From Methanobacteriota archaeon (lineage in GTDB: Archaea; Thermoplasmatota; Poseidoniia; Poseidoniales; Poseidoniaceae), in NCBI GenBank assembly GCA_004195515.1, contig PSPR01000009.1:13170-77169 (forward strand): a stretch of 64,000 bases of DNA. Reading direction: 5' to 3'. The position numbers were made by a program, and so were the translations under genes. Positions within the stretch are counted from its first letter, which is position 1; every line of letters begins with the position of its first letter. The notes beneath the pieces are model-generated. The model saw only the letters and a program-made list of their open reading frames with translations, was not told where the DNA came from and did no database searches. This document shows positions 18,732 to 35,000 of this stretch, piece by piece.

Positions 18732-19388
18732 ATGAGCGAAGAGAACATGGTCGTGGAAGAGAGGCTCTCCATCTTTGATGATGAACCGGATTTGAACGAT
18801 TGGTTTGAAGTAATCTGCGGTTCAATTATGTCGATTATTGGTATATTTCAATTGGTCGCACCGGGTGATTTGGTCGACCCAGATGTAATGCGCTGGTTCG
18901 CGGCTTCGGTTGCAATCGCTGGATTGATGTGGGCTGCACACGGCTTGAAGGATATGGCTATCAAGGAGATTCGAAAATCGATCGTAATGCTTGAACTCGG
19001 TTCACGCCAAGGCAGTATCGACCACGGCTTGATTCGAGATGTGATTCTCAACCCTTCAGCATATACCGAATTCTTGGTCAAAGAATACGAAACCGCATTC
19101 GAGGACGGAGTTCTAACCGACAAAGAATTAGCAGAACTAAAAACTATCCAAACTGCGTTGGGCATTAGCGATGAAGAAGCAGCAACCCTAGCAGTTGCTG
19201 GAGCGATTCGCTCCGCCCTTGCTGATGGCAAAGTCACCGATGATGAATCGAAAATGATCGATGACGCAGCAAAGGCAGCAGGACTATCGAAGAAAAAGCG
19301 TTCATTGATAACCAAGGCCTTGGATTCTGGTGACGTGGACGAAGATGTAAAATCACTGCTCGAATCATTGGACGAATCCGATGAATGA
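18732..19388 (+). CDS. Membrane protein with C-terminal TerB-like domain
   Basis: Two TM helices, then duplicated AFEDGVLTDKE..LGIS / ALADGKVTDDE..AGLS motifs. Confidence 0.75.
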   Translation: MSEENMVVEERLSIFDDEPDLNDWFEVICGSIMSIIGIFQLVAPGDLVDPDVMRWFAASVAIAGLMWAAHGLKDMAIKEIRKSIVMLELGSRQGSIDHGLIRDVILNPSAYTEFLVKEYETAFEDGVLTDKELAELKTIQTALGISDEEAATLAVAGAIRSALADGKVTDDESKMIDDAAKAAGLSKKKRSLITKALDSGDVDEDVKSLLESLDESDE

Positions 19389-19394
19389 GCAATA

Positions 19395-21419
19395 TCAACT
19401 CCAAAGATTGTTTGCCGCTATTTCCATCACTAGCTTTTTGGCTTTTAATCGGCGTTTGTTTTCTAACCAAATTGCGAATAAACTGATACCGATTCCCACC
19501 ATTACCCATATGTGTTGATTCTCAACCAGTGAATCGACCGGTTGAATAGCAGAACTGCTTACCATCCGAGCAGAGTTGAGTTCTCCATCGGATTTCACCA
19601 AAATATCAATTTTATCAACTCCACAATTTGTGCAGAGTGAAATAACTAATGTTGAGGGGTACAATTCATCTTGGAATCCTCGCCACCGACCTTCAGAAAT
19701 ATCGGCTGGTTTAGTTGCCCAAGCAGGGTCCTGAACAACACTTATGCCGGTTGAAGACACCATTTCCATCCTCAGATGGACAACATTCGAGGTCGGTAAT
19801 TCTTCTACTACCATCAAACCTTCAAGTAAAATTAAATCGATCAGAATAGTCCTCGTTGCCAATAATGCAAATGTACTTGAATGGTCGTCTAATAATTCTC
19901 CTCCGGCATTGGTTCCGCCTTTGTCGGCTATTTTTGAAAATACCAATTTACCTATGTCTACTGAATCCAATGCCGGAATGTGCAATTGAAATCGGCCGTC
20001 ATCGAGAGGATATGCTGCATCGACCTCCAATCTTAAGCGTAAGGTATCTCCGTCTAACATCCCTAATGATGAACCGACATGCTGGGCTCTTGATGATGCT
20101 GGAGTTCCAGGATGAGATGCGTGCCAAAGTTGGTCAAGTCTTTGATCGATCAATTGATCAAGGTTCAATTCATCACTCGCTTGAGTTTCTCCTGCCATAG
20201 CCCAAACCGGAGATACAACACCTCCAACCAATAAGATGAGCACTCCGGGGACCAAAAGTCCATATCTGATCGGATTTGAAGTGCTATCTTGTCTTACCTC
20301 GATTGCTAGACCCATCATTATTGCAATCGATAACACCAACACCATGCCCCCAGCAGCAGCATTGAGTTCTACTTTTTGCGACTCATCTCCAGCCATCCCA
20401 AACCCGGAAGGATAAGTTGCATCGCCATCAAATTGTGTGGGATCGGTCGGACCTATGCCCTCAACAGCCAATATCCCAGCCCATTGATAAGGTTGGAAAG
20501 CGTTCAATTTTCCACCGATACATAGGGTGTGTGTACCGGTCGGCAATGCTCGCCATTGCCAGGTTAGGCGTAATTCTTCATCGCTTGAAGTAGTTATCAG
20601 TTCAGGGGTCGGGGCCAGACGTCGATCTGGTAAAATCAAATCCGGCTGTCCGTGTGATTGTTCAATTTCAGCCGGAACGACCTCCCAGAAAAAGGTCGCT
20701 CGCATAACCTCGTGCTCTACAATTTCAAAACTCCAACAATCTCGGTCGTCCTCCAATAAGGCTCCTTTGTGATTTACATCGAATTCGGTTTGAACCGGTG
20801 CTGAATCTGATGAAGGTTCATCGACATCTCTCAAACTCAAATTTTCCGACCAAATAATATCGAGTTTCATGAATGATGCACCGCGTAAATATAACTCCCA
20901 AGTCCCTGGCCTCTCGACATCGAATTCCAATAATATCTTTAGTTTTTCATCGGGCCATAAGAGACGGTCGCCTTCTAGGTTTAGTGGTTCGTCCTCCACT
21001 CTATAGGCGCCGTCGATGCCGTCGACTGGATTTTGGTCACCTTCAAACTCTATTTCGGTAATCGCTTGATCTACAATAATTGTGACCTTTGCATCCGGTC
21101 TTGTCAATCCAGCAAAATCGTCTTGATATCTCAAATCGATTTGTAATTCTTTTATCCGATCTGGAATCAATGCCAAATCGGTTTGCTCGGGGAACATCGG
21201 CAATTCGACCAAGACCCGGCTGGGAGACAATGGAGATGCTTGAGTTATTGACCCAGATACGACGTCTGCTCCAACTTGAAAGCGGGTGAGTGAGCAATCA
21301 TCTGCTGACTCACAAGAAAACCATAATTCTCCACCGTCAGTACTCGAATCTAGTCCAGCGTTGACTAAAGGCGCAAAACTTAGCAGCAACACGGAGAGCA
21401 CTGCTATCATCTTCGCCAT
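19395..21419 (-). CDS. Hypothetical secreted multi-pass membrane-anchored protein
   Basis: Signal peptide, acidic beta-rich ectodomain, two internal TMs, second soluble domain, C-terminal TM plus basic tail. Confidence 0.8.
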   Translation of the reverse strand: MAKMIAVLSVLLLSFAPLVNAGLDSSTDGGELWFSCESADDCSLTRFQVGADVVSGSITQASPLSPSRVLVELPMFPEQTDLALIPDRIKELQIDLRYQDDFAGLTRPDAKVTIIVDQAITEIEFEGDQNPVDGIDGAYRVEDEPLNLEGDRLLWPDEKLKILLEFDVERPGTWELYLRGASFMKLDIIWSENLSLRDVDEPSSDSAPVQTEFDVNHKGALLEDDRDCWSFEIVEHEVMRATFFWEVVPAEIEQSHGQPDLILPDRRLAPTPELITTSSDEELRLTWQWRALPTGTHTLCIGGKLNAFQPYQWAGILAVEGIGPTDPTQFDGDATYPSGFGMAGDESQKVELNAAAGGMVLVLSIAIMMGLAIEVRQDSTSNPIRYGLLVPGVLILLVGGVVSPVWAMAGETQASDELNLDQLIDQRLDQLWHASHPGTPASSRAQHVGSSLGMLDGDTLRLRLEVDAAYPLDDGRFQLHIPALDSVDIGKLVFSKIADKGGTNAGGELLDDHSSTFALLATRTILIDLILLEGLMVVEELPTSNVVHLRMEMVSSTGISVVQDPAWATKPADISEGRWRGFQDELYPSTLVISLCTNCGVDKIDILVKSDGELNSARMVSSSAIQPVDSLVENQHIWVMVGIGISLFAIWLENKRRLKAKKLVMEIAANNLWS

Positions 21420-21445
21420 ATTAGATGACGCTTGGAACGAGGTAA

Positions 21446-21985
21446 TCACTTTGACCCATCCATGGGTTTGTCGATCAGAGGTGCTTTACAAGTTTTGCAC
21501 ATATATTTCCCCCGACCTCTTTTCTGGCGGGGGTACTCCTTGGCGCATTTTGGGCAAATCCACAACCAAGATGCTCTATTTAGACGTAATTCCTCTGTGA
21601 ATTTTCCGCCTAATTTTCCGGATTTTTTTGATGGCCAAAGATTTTCGAGCGATCTGAAGGTCGAGTTATGTGGTAAAAAACCAAGTGCGTGAATGAATTC
21701 ATGATGTAAAACCCAAGCCGCGTAAGCTTGCCATTTCTCAGTAAATAATTGTGGGTGTAAATCGATAACTTCCACATCTGAAACACTGACCGGTTTTAGA
21801 ATTCCCTTTTTCCATCTCGTGACACCATGACGTTGAGTAGCACTCTTTCTCAACACTCCTAAATCAATTGAACTCAATGAAGTAAGTTGGTCATCACTCC
21901 AAACTCCAATGCCGTACATCACCTCGATGACCAACTCCCTCAAGTCGTCGAGAAGTTGGGATTGGGTAGTGGATGGCTTTACCAT
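21446..21985 (-). CDS. SprT-like zinc metalloprotease
   Basis: VLHHEFIHA..H...F plus CPKC..CKTC zinc ribbon. Confidence 0.82.
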   Translation of the reverse strand: MVKPSTTQSQLLDDLRELVIEVMYGIGVWSDDQLTSLSSIDLGVLRKSATQRHGVTRWKKGILKPVSVSDVEVIDLHPQLFTEKWQAYAAWVLHHEFIHALGFLPHNSTFRSLENLWPSKKSGKLGGKFTEELRLNRASWLWICPKCAKEYPRQKRGRGKYMCKTCKAPLIDKPMDGSK

Positions 21986-22450
21986 TCAAGACCACCGGTG
22001 AAAGGCAGGATGTCCTTCTTTTACCGCAACGAATAATCCTGTTCCGGTTGCACAAACCTTACCTGCAGCTGTCATCGTTAATGCAATGGTTGCCCTATCA
22101 TCGCAAATGTCCTCGACCTTTCCTACTATGTGCAATTGCTCACCCAATGGGGTAGGTCTGCGAAGCTTAACCGAATAAGAGGCGGTGACTGTGCACGGTG
22201 GTTCATCCATCGAATGTCGATCCATCAAAGCTACCGCTGCGGTCCAATTTCCATGACAATCTAATAGAGTGCCAATAATTCCACCATTTATCATTCCGGG
22301 GAATGCTTGGTGTTCATGTGAAGGTGTGAAAAATAATTCCAATCCCTCTTCACACCGAGTTGAGTCTATTCGTAGTCCCTTTGAATTCGCAGGGCCACAG
22401 CCAAAACAAATCGAGGTCGGTGCAAATTCTCGTTGAACTCCTTGTCGCAT
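21986..22450 (-). CDS. PaaI-family hotdog thioesterase
   Basis: CFGCGPAN.KGL, FPGMINGGIIGTLLD, RPTP; the longer ORF is an antisense extension over the next gene. Confidence 0.9.
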   Translation of the reverse strand: MRQGVQREFAPTSICFGCGPANSKGLRIDSTRCEEGLELFFTPSHEHQAFPGMINGGIIGTLLDCHGNWTAAVALMDRHSMDEPPCTVTASYSVKLRRPTPLGEQLHIVGKVEDICDDRATIALTMTAAGKVCATGTGLFVAVKEGHPAFHRWS

Positions 22451-22529
22451 CGGTTTAATCCATTGCAAAGGGGTTGATTTCAATTGTGTTGACCCAGCAC
22501 CTTGATGACCATGTTCTCGATGGCATATC

Positions 22530-23789
22530 ATGGGTCGGAAGAAGCGCACCGTGAGGGTCGCACACGAACTTCCAAAATCCCGTCGCAAATCTATTGCTAA
22601 GGCCCTAGAAGAACATACTTCAGAAACCAAAGAAGAGTGGGACCGAGGTTCTGAATGGAAGGAAATCAGGTTCTTTCGGAAACGGGTTAAAGTCGGCGAA
22701 ATGAGAACTATAATGATGCCAATCACTGTTTTCCACGGAACAAGACCTGGGCCCGTCATAACTATCATCGGTGGTACCCACGGCGATGAATTGACTGGGC
22801 CAAGCGCTTGTACCAACCTTTTATCGAATACATTTACTGGTTTAGGAGGGGCTCTCGACCCCCAAACTATGGCTGGAACCGTCCGAATCGTCCCCGTGCT
22901 TAATCTCCCGGGATATCGTATGAAGTCGAGATATTTCCCCGATGGAAGAGATCTCAATCGAGCATTTCCTGGACGAGCCAAAGGAAATACTACCTCGAGG
23001 GTTGCCGTTACTGTCAACAAACATTTGATCGAAGGTTCGGATGTGATTATCGATCTACATAGTGCTGCTCAAGGGCGTTCGAATATGCCACAAATCCGAG
23101 CTGATTTAACCCACCCAGAATCACATTTACTAGCCAAGGCCTTCGGGATTGAGATCGTACTCGATAGCCGGCCGCCAAAGGGGAGCCTTCGGCGATGTGC
23201 CAATGGCAAGGATATCGCAACGGTAACCTATGAGGGCGGAGGCGCAAATTGGCTTGACCAAAGTGCAGTAAAAGTCGCAGTGCATGGTTGTCTGAATGTA
23301 TTGAGATCGTTAAAGGTAATTCCAAATAATCCAAGTCGACCAAAATTCCGACTCAAAGCCGCAGGCTCGACTTGGCTAAGAGCAGGCGAAGGTGGCCTGC
23401 TCGACATGTTCGTATCACCTGGTAGTTTGGTAACTCGCGGCGATATCATTGCGACAATATCGGATCCTGGTACACCGGGATTATCTGTAGATATCGTCGC
23501 ACCTGAAGACGGTTTGATGATTTGCACCGCAACTAATCCCTTCGTTGCAGCAGGAATGCCAGTCGGTCATTTTCTACCGGTCACAAAGCACATGGATTTG
23601 CTCCTGGGTCAAATCGATGACCGTAATTGCCTCATAGTCAATGGCAGTCAAGGCCAACCGATCTGGCGAGAAGAAGATGTAGAATTGGTCGAAATAGAAG
23701 TTGAGGGCGAGTGGTCTAGTGGCTCGGTTGATGCCGAATGGAACGAGGTCAATGCTGAAGAATCCGAGCAAGAAGAAGCCGAAAGTTGA
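22530..23789 (+). CDS. Succinylglutamate desuccinylase/aspartoacylase family (M14-like) protein
   Basis: HGDELTG, DLNRAFPG, IDLHS, YEGG; C-terminal barrel and acidic tail. Confidence 0.9.
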   Translation: MGRKKRTVRVAHELPKSRRKSIAKALEEHTSETKEEWDRGSEWKEIRFFRKRVKVGEMRTIMMPITVFHGTRPGPVITIIGGTHGDELTGPSACTNLLSNTFTGLGGALDPQTMAGTVRIVPVLNLPGYRMKSRYFPDGRDLNRAFPGRAKGNTTSRVAVTVNKHLIEGSDVIIDLHSAAQGRSNMPQIRADLTHPESHLLAKAFGIEIVLDSRPPKGSLRRCANGKDIATVTYEGGGANWLDQSAVKVAVHGCLNVLRSLKVIPNNPSRPKFRLKAAGSTWLRAGEGGLLDMFVSPGSLVTRGDIIATISDPGTPGLSVDIVAPEDGLMICTATNPFVAAGMPVGHFLPVTKHMDLLLGQIDDRNCLIVNGSQGQPIWREEDVELVEIEVEGEWSSGSVDAEWNEVNAEESEQEEAES

Positions 23790-23791
23790 AC

Positions 23792-25051
23792 CTAGTACAT
23801 CGCGTGATACTGGGCAACTGCGGCGTGAATTTCATCGTCTTCCATATTTCGAGGCTGGCTTTTTGCAATCTCAAATAAATGAGATACCAATTCGTCTTCC
23901 ACATGAATTTCGTTTTGCTCCAACCACCAAATAATATTTGACTTACCTGACATATGTCCAATTCGGATAATTTGCTCCATTCCAAAATCACCTGCAGGAA
24001 CTCCAGAGTAAACTCGGTCAGCAAGCCACATGTCACCCTTGCGAATCGCTTTGATAACAGCACTAGCGTGAACACCGGTTCCGGTTTCGAATGCATCTTG
24101 ACCAAAAACCGGATAGTTTCGAGGCAAAGGAACTTTGATGTACTCATTTGCCTTTTTCATGTAATCGCCCAATAAACTGAGGTCGTTATCGATTACTCCC
24201 ATCAATGAAAGGTTGACCATAGTTTGGTCAATCGGCGCATTTCCTGCTCTTTCGCCTACACCGAGTGCCGTTCCATGAATTACATCTGCACCAGCTTCTA
24301 CCGCCGCTATATTATTTGCAACGCCCAATCCACGGTCTTGGTGACCGTGCCAATTAACCTCGATTTCTCGACGTTGATATCCGCCATCTTTGATGACTTC
24401 TTCATCGATGAAAGAGAGTAATTGCTTCACTCCATTTGGAGTAACGTGGCCGCAGGTATCACAAATACAAAGTCGTCTGACACCTAATTCCATCGCTCGA
24501 TCATAGATTTGTTTAATATCTTCTGGTTTCGATCGAGTGGTATCCTCGGTTACGAACATGACTGGAACATCGTTTTCAACTGCAAATCCCACCGCTTTTT
24601 CCATGGTTGATAGTAATTTATCCATGGTCCAACCTTCGGTGAATTGGCGAATTGGCGATGTGCCTAAAAATGCGCTAGCCTGGATTGGCACCCCATGCTT
24701 TTCTTGTAATTTAACCAGAGGTTCAATATCTCCCATCAAGGTTCTAACCGCCGCACCAGGGCTAATTTTGTAATTGTTTTCGACGATGTGGCTCATCATT
24801 TTATCGATATGATTAATGTGAAATGGCCCTGCACCTGGCAAACCTAAATCGACTTTTTGAATAGATAATTTCTCCATAAAGTCTAGCAATTCGATCTTTT
24901 GTTCAATCGTTGGATTCAATGCACTTGGGGATTGTAATCCATCGCGCAGTGTTTCATCATCGAACCAAACCCCATGAGGATGATTCGAAGCAACGCGTGA
25001 ATACTCATAATCTACTAGATTCCAATCATAAATTAGGTTTTTTTCATCCAT
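23792..25051 (-). CDS. LeuA-family Claisen condensing enzyme (isopropylmalate/homocitrate synthase-like, no regulatory domain)
   Basis: DETLRDGLQ, EDTTRS, CDTCG, HGHQDRG, GVGERAGN, GVH. Confidence 0.9.
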   Translation of the reverse strand: MDEKNLIYDWNLVDYEYSRVASNHPHGVWFDDETLRDGLQSPSALNPTIEQKIELLDFMEKLSIQKVDLGLPGAGPFHINHIDKMMSHIVENNYKISPGAAVRTLMGDIEPLVKLQEKHGVPIQASAFLGTSPIRQFTEGWTMDKLLSTMEKAVGFAVENDVPVMFVTEDTTRSKPEDIKQIYDRAMELGVRRLCICDTCGHVTPNGVKQLLSFIDEEVIKDGGYQRREIEVNWHGHQDRGLGVANNIAAVEAGADVIHGTALGVGERAGNAPIDQTMVNLSLMGVIDNDLSLLGDYMKKANEYIKVPLPRNYPVFGQDAFETGTGVHASAVIKAIRKGDMWLADRVYSGVPAGDFGMEQIIRIGHMSGKSNIIWWLEQNEIHVEDELVSHLFEIAKSQPRNMEDDEIHAAVAQYHAMY

Positions 25052-25139
25052 ATTAATAATCACCTACCGTATGAGAGTCGACGCTCCCCATTAGGGCAGA
25101 TGAGCGGTCAGCCTTTGAACCCGTCGGAGGTAAAGCAGT

Positions 25140-30145
<5,006 letters not shown>

Positions 30146-30940
30146 ATGGCTGACCCAAAGGTATGCGTCGCACTCGATGGTACTTCCGTCGCAGAAATGA
30201 CCGATGAAGCTGCTCGAGCAAACCTGGCTGGTGCAGACTTGGTCGAAGTAAGATTCGACAGACTGTACCTCATTAAGCCAGACCCAACTATCACTGAGGA
30301 AGAAGAGGGCGAGAGATCGGTCATGCCTCCAGAACATGATTGGGAAACCAAAGCATATGGCGAAGTTGAAATCGACTCATCAATCGCTTCACTAAAGCAA
30401 GGATTACCTTTGCCGGTCATCTTCACCGTTCGCCCTGTATCCGAAGGTGGATTTTTCCCAGGGGTCGAAACCGAAAGAATCGAAATCCTAGAAAAAGCGA
30501 TCGAATCAAATGTTTCATGGGTCGACCTCGAACTTTCCATAGATGAAAAAACCCGCACTAAATTGGTTAGTGCAGCAAAATCAGCCGGATGTAGCATCGT
30601 CGCTTCAAGACACGATATCAATGGAATGCCAGATTCTGCAACGATTGCAGACTTGGTCAGAGATAACCAAGAAAATGGCGATATTGTCAAGTTCTGTGGT
30701 AGTGCTCGCAACCACAATGATGCTTTGCAAATAGTTGATGCAGCGTTCACTTTGAACGGTGAAAATTTAGCTCATAGCCTGATGGCTTTGAGCAGCGGCG
30801 GTGATTGGCCTCGTTTACACGCCCCAATCCTTGACCAAAGTATCGTTTATGCAACCTTGCAAAATGAATTCCGCTTATCGGACAAGGGCTTGATCAATGT
30901 TCGTGACCTTCGGGATGCTTGGACTCTTCTAGAGTACTAA
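30146..30940 (+). CDS. aroD: Type I 3-dehydroquinate dehydratase-like protein
   Basis: ADLVEVRFD, PVIFTVRP.SEGG, VDLEL, ASRHD, DIVKF (Schiff-base Lys). Confidence 0.85.
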   Translation: MADPKVCVALDGTSVAEMTDEAARANLAGADLVEVRFDRLYLIKPDPTITEEEEGERSVMPPEHDWETKAYGEVEIDSSIASLKQGLPLPVIFTVRPVSEGGFFPGVETERIEILEKAIESNVSWVDLELSIDEKTRTKLVSAAKSAGCSIVASRHDINGMPDSATIADLVRDNQENGDIVKFCGSARNHNDALQIVDAAFTLNGENLAHSLMALSSGGDWPRLHAPILDQSIVYATLQNEFRLSDKGLINVRDLRDAWTLLEY

Positions 30941-30948
30941 ATTTAACC

Positions 30949-31965
30949 CTACTGCTCTAATGTTGGAATAAGTCCTGCTTGCTCCTCGGCCTTGCTTTGA
31001 ACCAAAGTAAGACCTGCAGACATATATCGCTTATTCATCACAAGAGGCACCGCTAAGGTCGCAATCATAAATCCCATGCAAACCAATGCTACGCTCCAAG
31101 TCGGAAGGATGGTTGACCTTTCTTCGGTAATGATTGAGATATCAGCGACCATTAAGGAGCCATCAGGATTTGCATCATCCCGGTGGGAATTATTTGTATT
31201 ATCCAATAAAATGTGGAAATACTCGATACTGCCGTCGTCAAAGAATCCTGAATATTCCTCAGGTGCATCTAAAGAGACCGAGAAGCGAACATCTTGCACT
31301 TGTTCGTATTGGTGACTATCTCGATAAGAACTCCACCCTGTAACATCAAAAGAGCGCCATTCCGGAGACAATTCCCAAGTATCCCCGCCATCGCCATTCC
31401 AAGAATACCCTCCATTGAGAGAATTATATGTTTGAGAATATCTATCCCATTGAGTTGAAGTGAGCAAATATACATCGCCGGTATATTCATCATAGCCACC
31501 ACCTGTTCTTGGTGTGGTAAATGTCACACAAATTGTGGTTTTCATGGTGTGATCGAGATTTATTCTAATTATTCCGACCGAACCACTTCCTACCAAATAA
31601 CTGGTCTGGATATCAGCACTAATCATCTCCAGATCGTTGTACGGTTCGCTTAATTGCCAACTTTCTTCCGGCCCCTCATAATCCAGAGTCTCCTCTGAAT
31701 TTTGTTCATTGTTTTGATCATTATGGTCTCGTTTTTGCCTCGAGTCATCCTCGAAATAATAATCATCCCAAGCATTGACGCTATCGGGTGTTTTAGAAAA
31801 GCGTTCAATCGTCTTATTCCAAGGGATAGATTCGACAAAGTCTCCTTCACAGCGCTGTGCTGCGGATGCTGAATCTATTGGAGACAAAGTAGAAGGAAGC
31901 AAAGTGGGTAAAATGAGTACAGCCAATACCAACCAAACAAAATTCATCCTCATCGCATTCACCAC
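30949..31965 (-). CDS. Hypothetical secreted protein with C-terminal membrane anchor
   Basis: N-terminal hydrophobic signal, acidic ectodomain, C-terminal TM. Confidence 0.8.
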   Translation of the reverse strand: MVNAMRMNFVWLVLAVLILPTLLPSTLSPIDSASAAQRCEGDFVESIPWNKTIERFSKTPDSVNAWDDYYFEDDSRQKRDHNDQNNEQNSEETLDYEGPEESWQLSEPYNDLEMISADIQTSYLVGSGSVGIIRINLDHTMKTTICVTFTTPRTGGGYDEYTGDVYLLTSTQWDRYSQTYNSLNGGYSWNGDGGDTWELSPEWRSFDVTGWSSYRDSHQYEQVQDVRFSVSLDAPEEYSGFFDDGSIEYFHILLDNTNNSHRDDANPDGSLMVADISIITEERSTILPTWSVALVCMGFMIATLAVPLVMNKRYMSAGLTLVQSKAEEQAGLIPTLEQ

Positions 31966-32011
31966 CCCTTACAGGGGTGACTTAGGAGTAGGGGGTTAAT
32001 CGGCTTTACCT

Positions 32012-35000
32012 TCAACGGCGCCTTCTCAATGGGCGAACATATCCACTAGAATCACTTCGACGTTCATCCTTTGAAAGAATACTTGGCACCGGCGGCGGTG
32101 CATGGTGATCCATGCCCAAAACGCCGCCGAAAGATTCAACCTCATCGACATCATATGTTTGAGCAGCTTGTTCTGCAGCCTCTTCAACTTCAGATGGGCT
32201 CCTCATCACACCCCAGCCCAGCAGCAGAACCGCTGCGATAAGAGCTAGAATCACGAATGATTCACCGCTTGCATCAACCAGCCAATTCTTCCAATCTTGG
32301 ACTGAGAAATCAGATAAACTCGCAGGCTCAGTAGCTTGTTCTAGCACATTTAACTCGACATCTTGAATCACACAAACACCCATGCCGTCGCAAATTTCTA
32401 AACGCATGGTTTTCAAACCAACTTCGGCCCATGTTGCCTGAAGCCTTATGCCATCTGAGCCGCTTGGGATTTGCCAATCATCTGCACTATCGCCGTTTGA
32501 ATCATCATCAATATCGATATCGAACTCCCACCTGACTTCTAGAGTGGATGAGACCCGCTCATCATGATCGGTGTGAAGTCCATCGTTAACATCTAAATCC
32601 CGCCAGACGATATAAGAAGATTCGAATTCAACATCGCTGATATTTGCTTTGAGGGATGCGCCGAGTCCAACACGGATTTCATCGGGTAGAATTATTTCAT
32701 TTATTACTGGTGCATTATTCACAATAATAGTGAATGATTCACGGCTTACATCGCCGGTTAAATAAGCATCTCGAACGGTTAAAGTTACTGTGTAAGTACC
32801 TGCTCGTTCGTAAGAGTGCCAAGGCATAGCACCATGAGAAATTGGTGATGCGTCCCCGAAGTCCCATGAGTAGTCAGTGATTCCGTTCCAATCGGAATGA
32901 TTTGATTCCAAAGGGACAAATCTTCCTTCAAATCTACGGTCGCCATCCCTAGTTCCAGCCGAATCAAAGAACAACATTTGCCCAGGAGTAGTCACCGTAT
33001 TTCCAATGTCATCGAATGTATGAGACCAGCCCGAAGGAAGAACACCGACACCCATTGGCGTTGTCGAAGTGATCAAATCGCCATCGAGCCAAGCATCAAG
33101 AATTCGCACATGAATCGAAGGCAACGGGTTTTGAATCCTAATTGTCAAAATCCTTTGTTCACTAAAATCTCCATCTTCGTCGGTTACAAATAAGGTGGCA
33201 TAATGTTCACCAGGAGTTGAAAAGTTGTGGGTTACCAAAGCATTTTGGGAAGTTGATCCATCTGAAAAGGTCCAATTAAATTCGAGTGCACTAGAGTCAC
33301 CGATTGTCCCATCCGGGTCAAAACTATTACGGCCATCGAAAGTATAAGGCACATCAACTTCACCATCACTTACTCTAAAATCAATTTCAGGCGAGCCAAC
33401 GGTTGCGCTGTCCCTTACAACAAATTGAGCTATAGGTAATTGGTTCAAAACCTGAATTGTCAATTGGGCAGTAGTAGCAGACCCATCATCATCCACTACT
33501 GTCAAATTTACATATTTTAGACCAGCGGCATTCCAAGCCACCATTGGATTTTGATCGCTCGAAGAAATATCGATGAAAAGGTTACTTCTATCAATCGAAC
33601 CACCTTCCAGATTTATACCATCATAGAATTGCCAATTCCAAGAAATAATTTCACCATCAGGATCTTCGAAAACATCCGGTAACATTACTGGCGTGAATGT
33701 ATCTGTAACTATCAAATCATTGAAAATTTGTTCAGGGACTCGATTGTTTACATGAATTTGAATTAATTTTGTGCCATTATTCACTCCATCATTCACCGTC
33801 AATGTGAGTGTATAAGTCGTGTTGGCCACAACACCATCTGGCCACAGATGATGTGCTTGAGCATTTCCAACACCACCTTCTGAAGTCGTGTCTCCCCAAT
33901 CCCAATCAAAATTCAAAAAGGAAAGGGGTACATTATCCGTTGTTCTTGCAGCACTAAATAAAATCCTTTGACCGGTTAAAATGCTTAGATCAGAACCTAT
34001 TACAACACCATTTACCGATATAATTGGGGTCGGAGGTGTGATGTCGGTAATATTGACCGTAGTATTATGCATCGATGACCAAGATCCGCCTTGGTCGAGA
34101 ACACGAAGGGTCACATTATACTCGCCTGGGGCTCTATACAATCGGACCGGGCTCTTGAGTGAAGAGGTATTTCCATCATCAAAATCCCATGAATATGCTA
34201 CTGGAGCATCAAGATATGGAAGGGTATTATTGCTCAGAGAAATCCCCCATGCATCGAAACCATTTCCAACATATTGCAGATTTTCCCAGGTTTGTGCTAC
34301 TGGAGGATCGACCGAACCATTTGATACTGGGCGCATATTATCAAGATAAATCGCACCTGTTTGCGAGGTATCGATTACATCTCCAAGCATATCCCTCATA
34401 GTCAATGCAAAGGAATGGATCTCGCTCTTGGATGCGGTGAACCAAAACTCGGTATTGACATCAACACCGCTACCAGCAGCGACTCGGGTTGTGAGTGAAT
34501 CAACTGTCACACCTGAACTATTTCTCGCTTCGATGGTTACATCGAGATCTTCAAAGAAAGCATTTGATAATACATTGAAGTCGACCATTACGGTGTCGAC
34601 ATCTAGGTCGCCATCCCGGTCACTTGTTTGAGAAGAATTTACCGAAAGGGTTGCTGGAGAGGTAATTCGAGCAGCCTCAACATCAATTGTTCCTTGTGGA
34701 TATGATGAACCACATGAAGTATAATCGCAATCGCCTTGATTGCTTGCATACCAAGTGATCGCCCAAATCTCATCGGTTGCATTGCCAAAACCAGGAACTA
34801 ATGCAGTTCCGACTGCACCATTGAAATTTATATCGGTTCGAGAATAAATCCCATCTGCTGATGCTCGGCTGATAACTACACCATCCATCCCTGGGACATC
34901 ACCTGTAAATCTCATCGTAAGAGGTGCAGGTGAGGCACTACCTGGGGTGAATTTGAACACTCTAACCCCCCATCCTTCGATACCGTTACCGGTTGAAGAC

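Noticed and set aside
22451-23020. N-terminal 190 aa of the 344 aa thioesterase ORF
   Set aside because: Antisense shadow of the aspartoacylase-family gene; thioesterase similarity begins at MRQGVQRE
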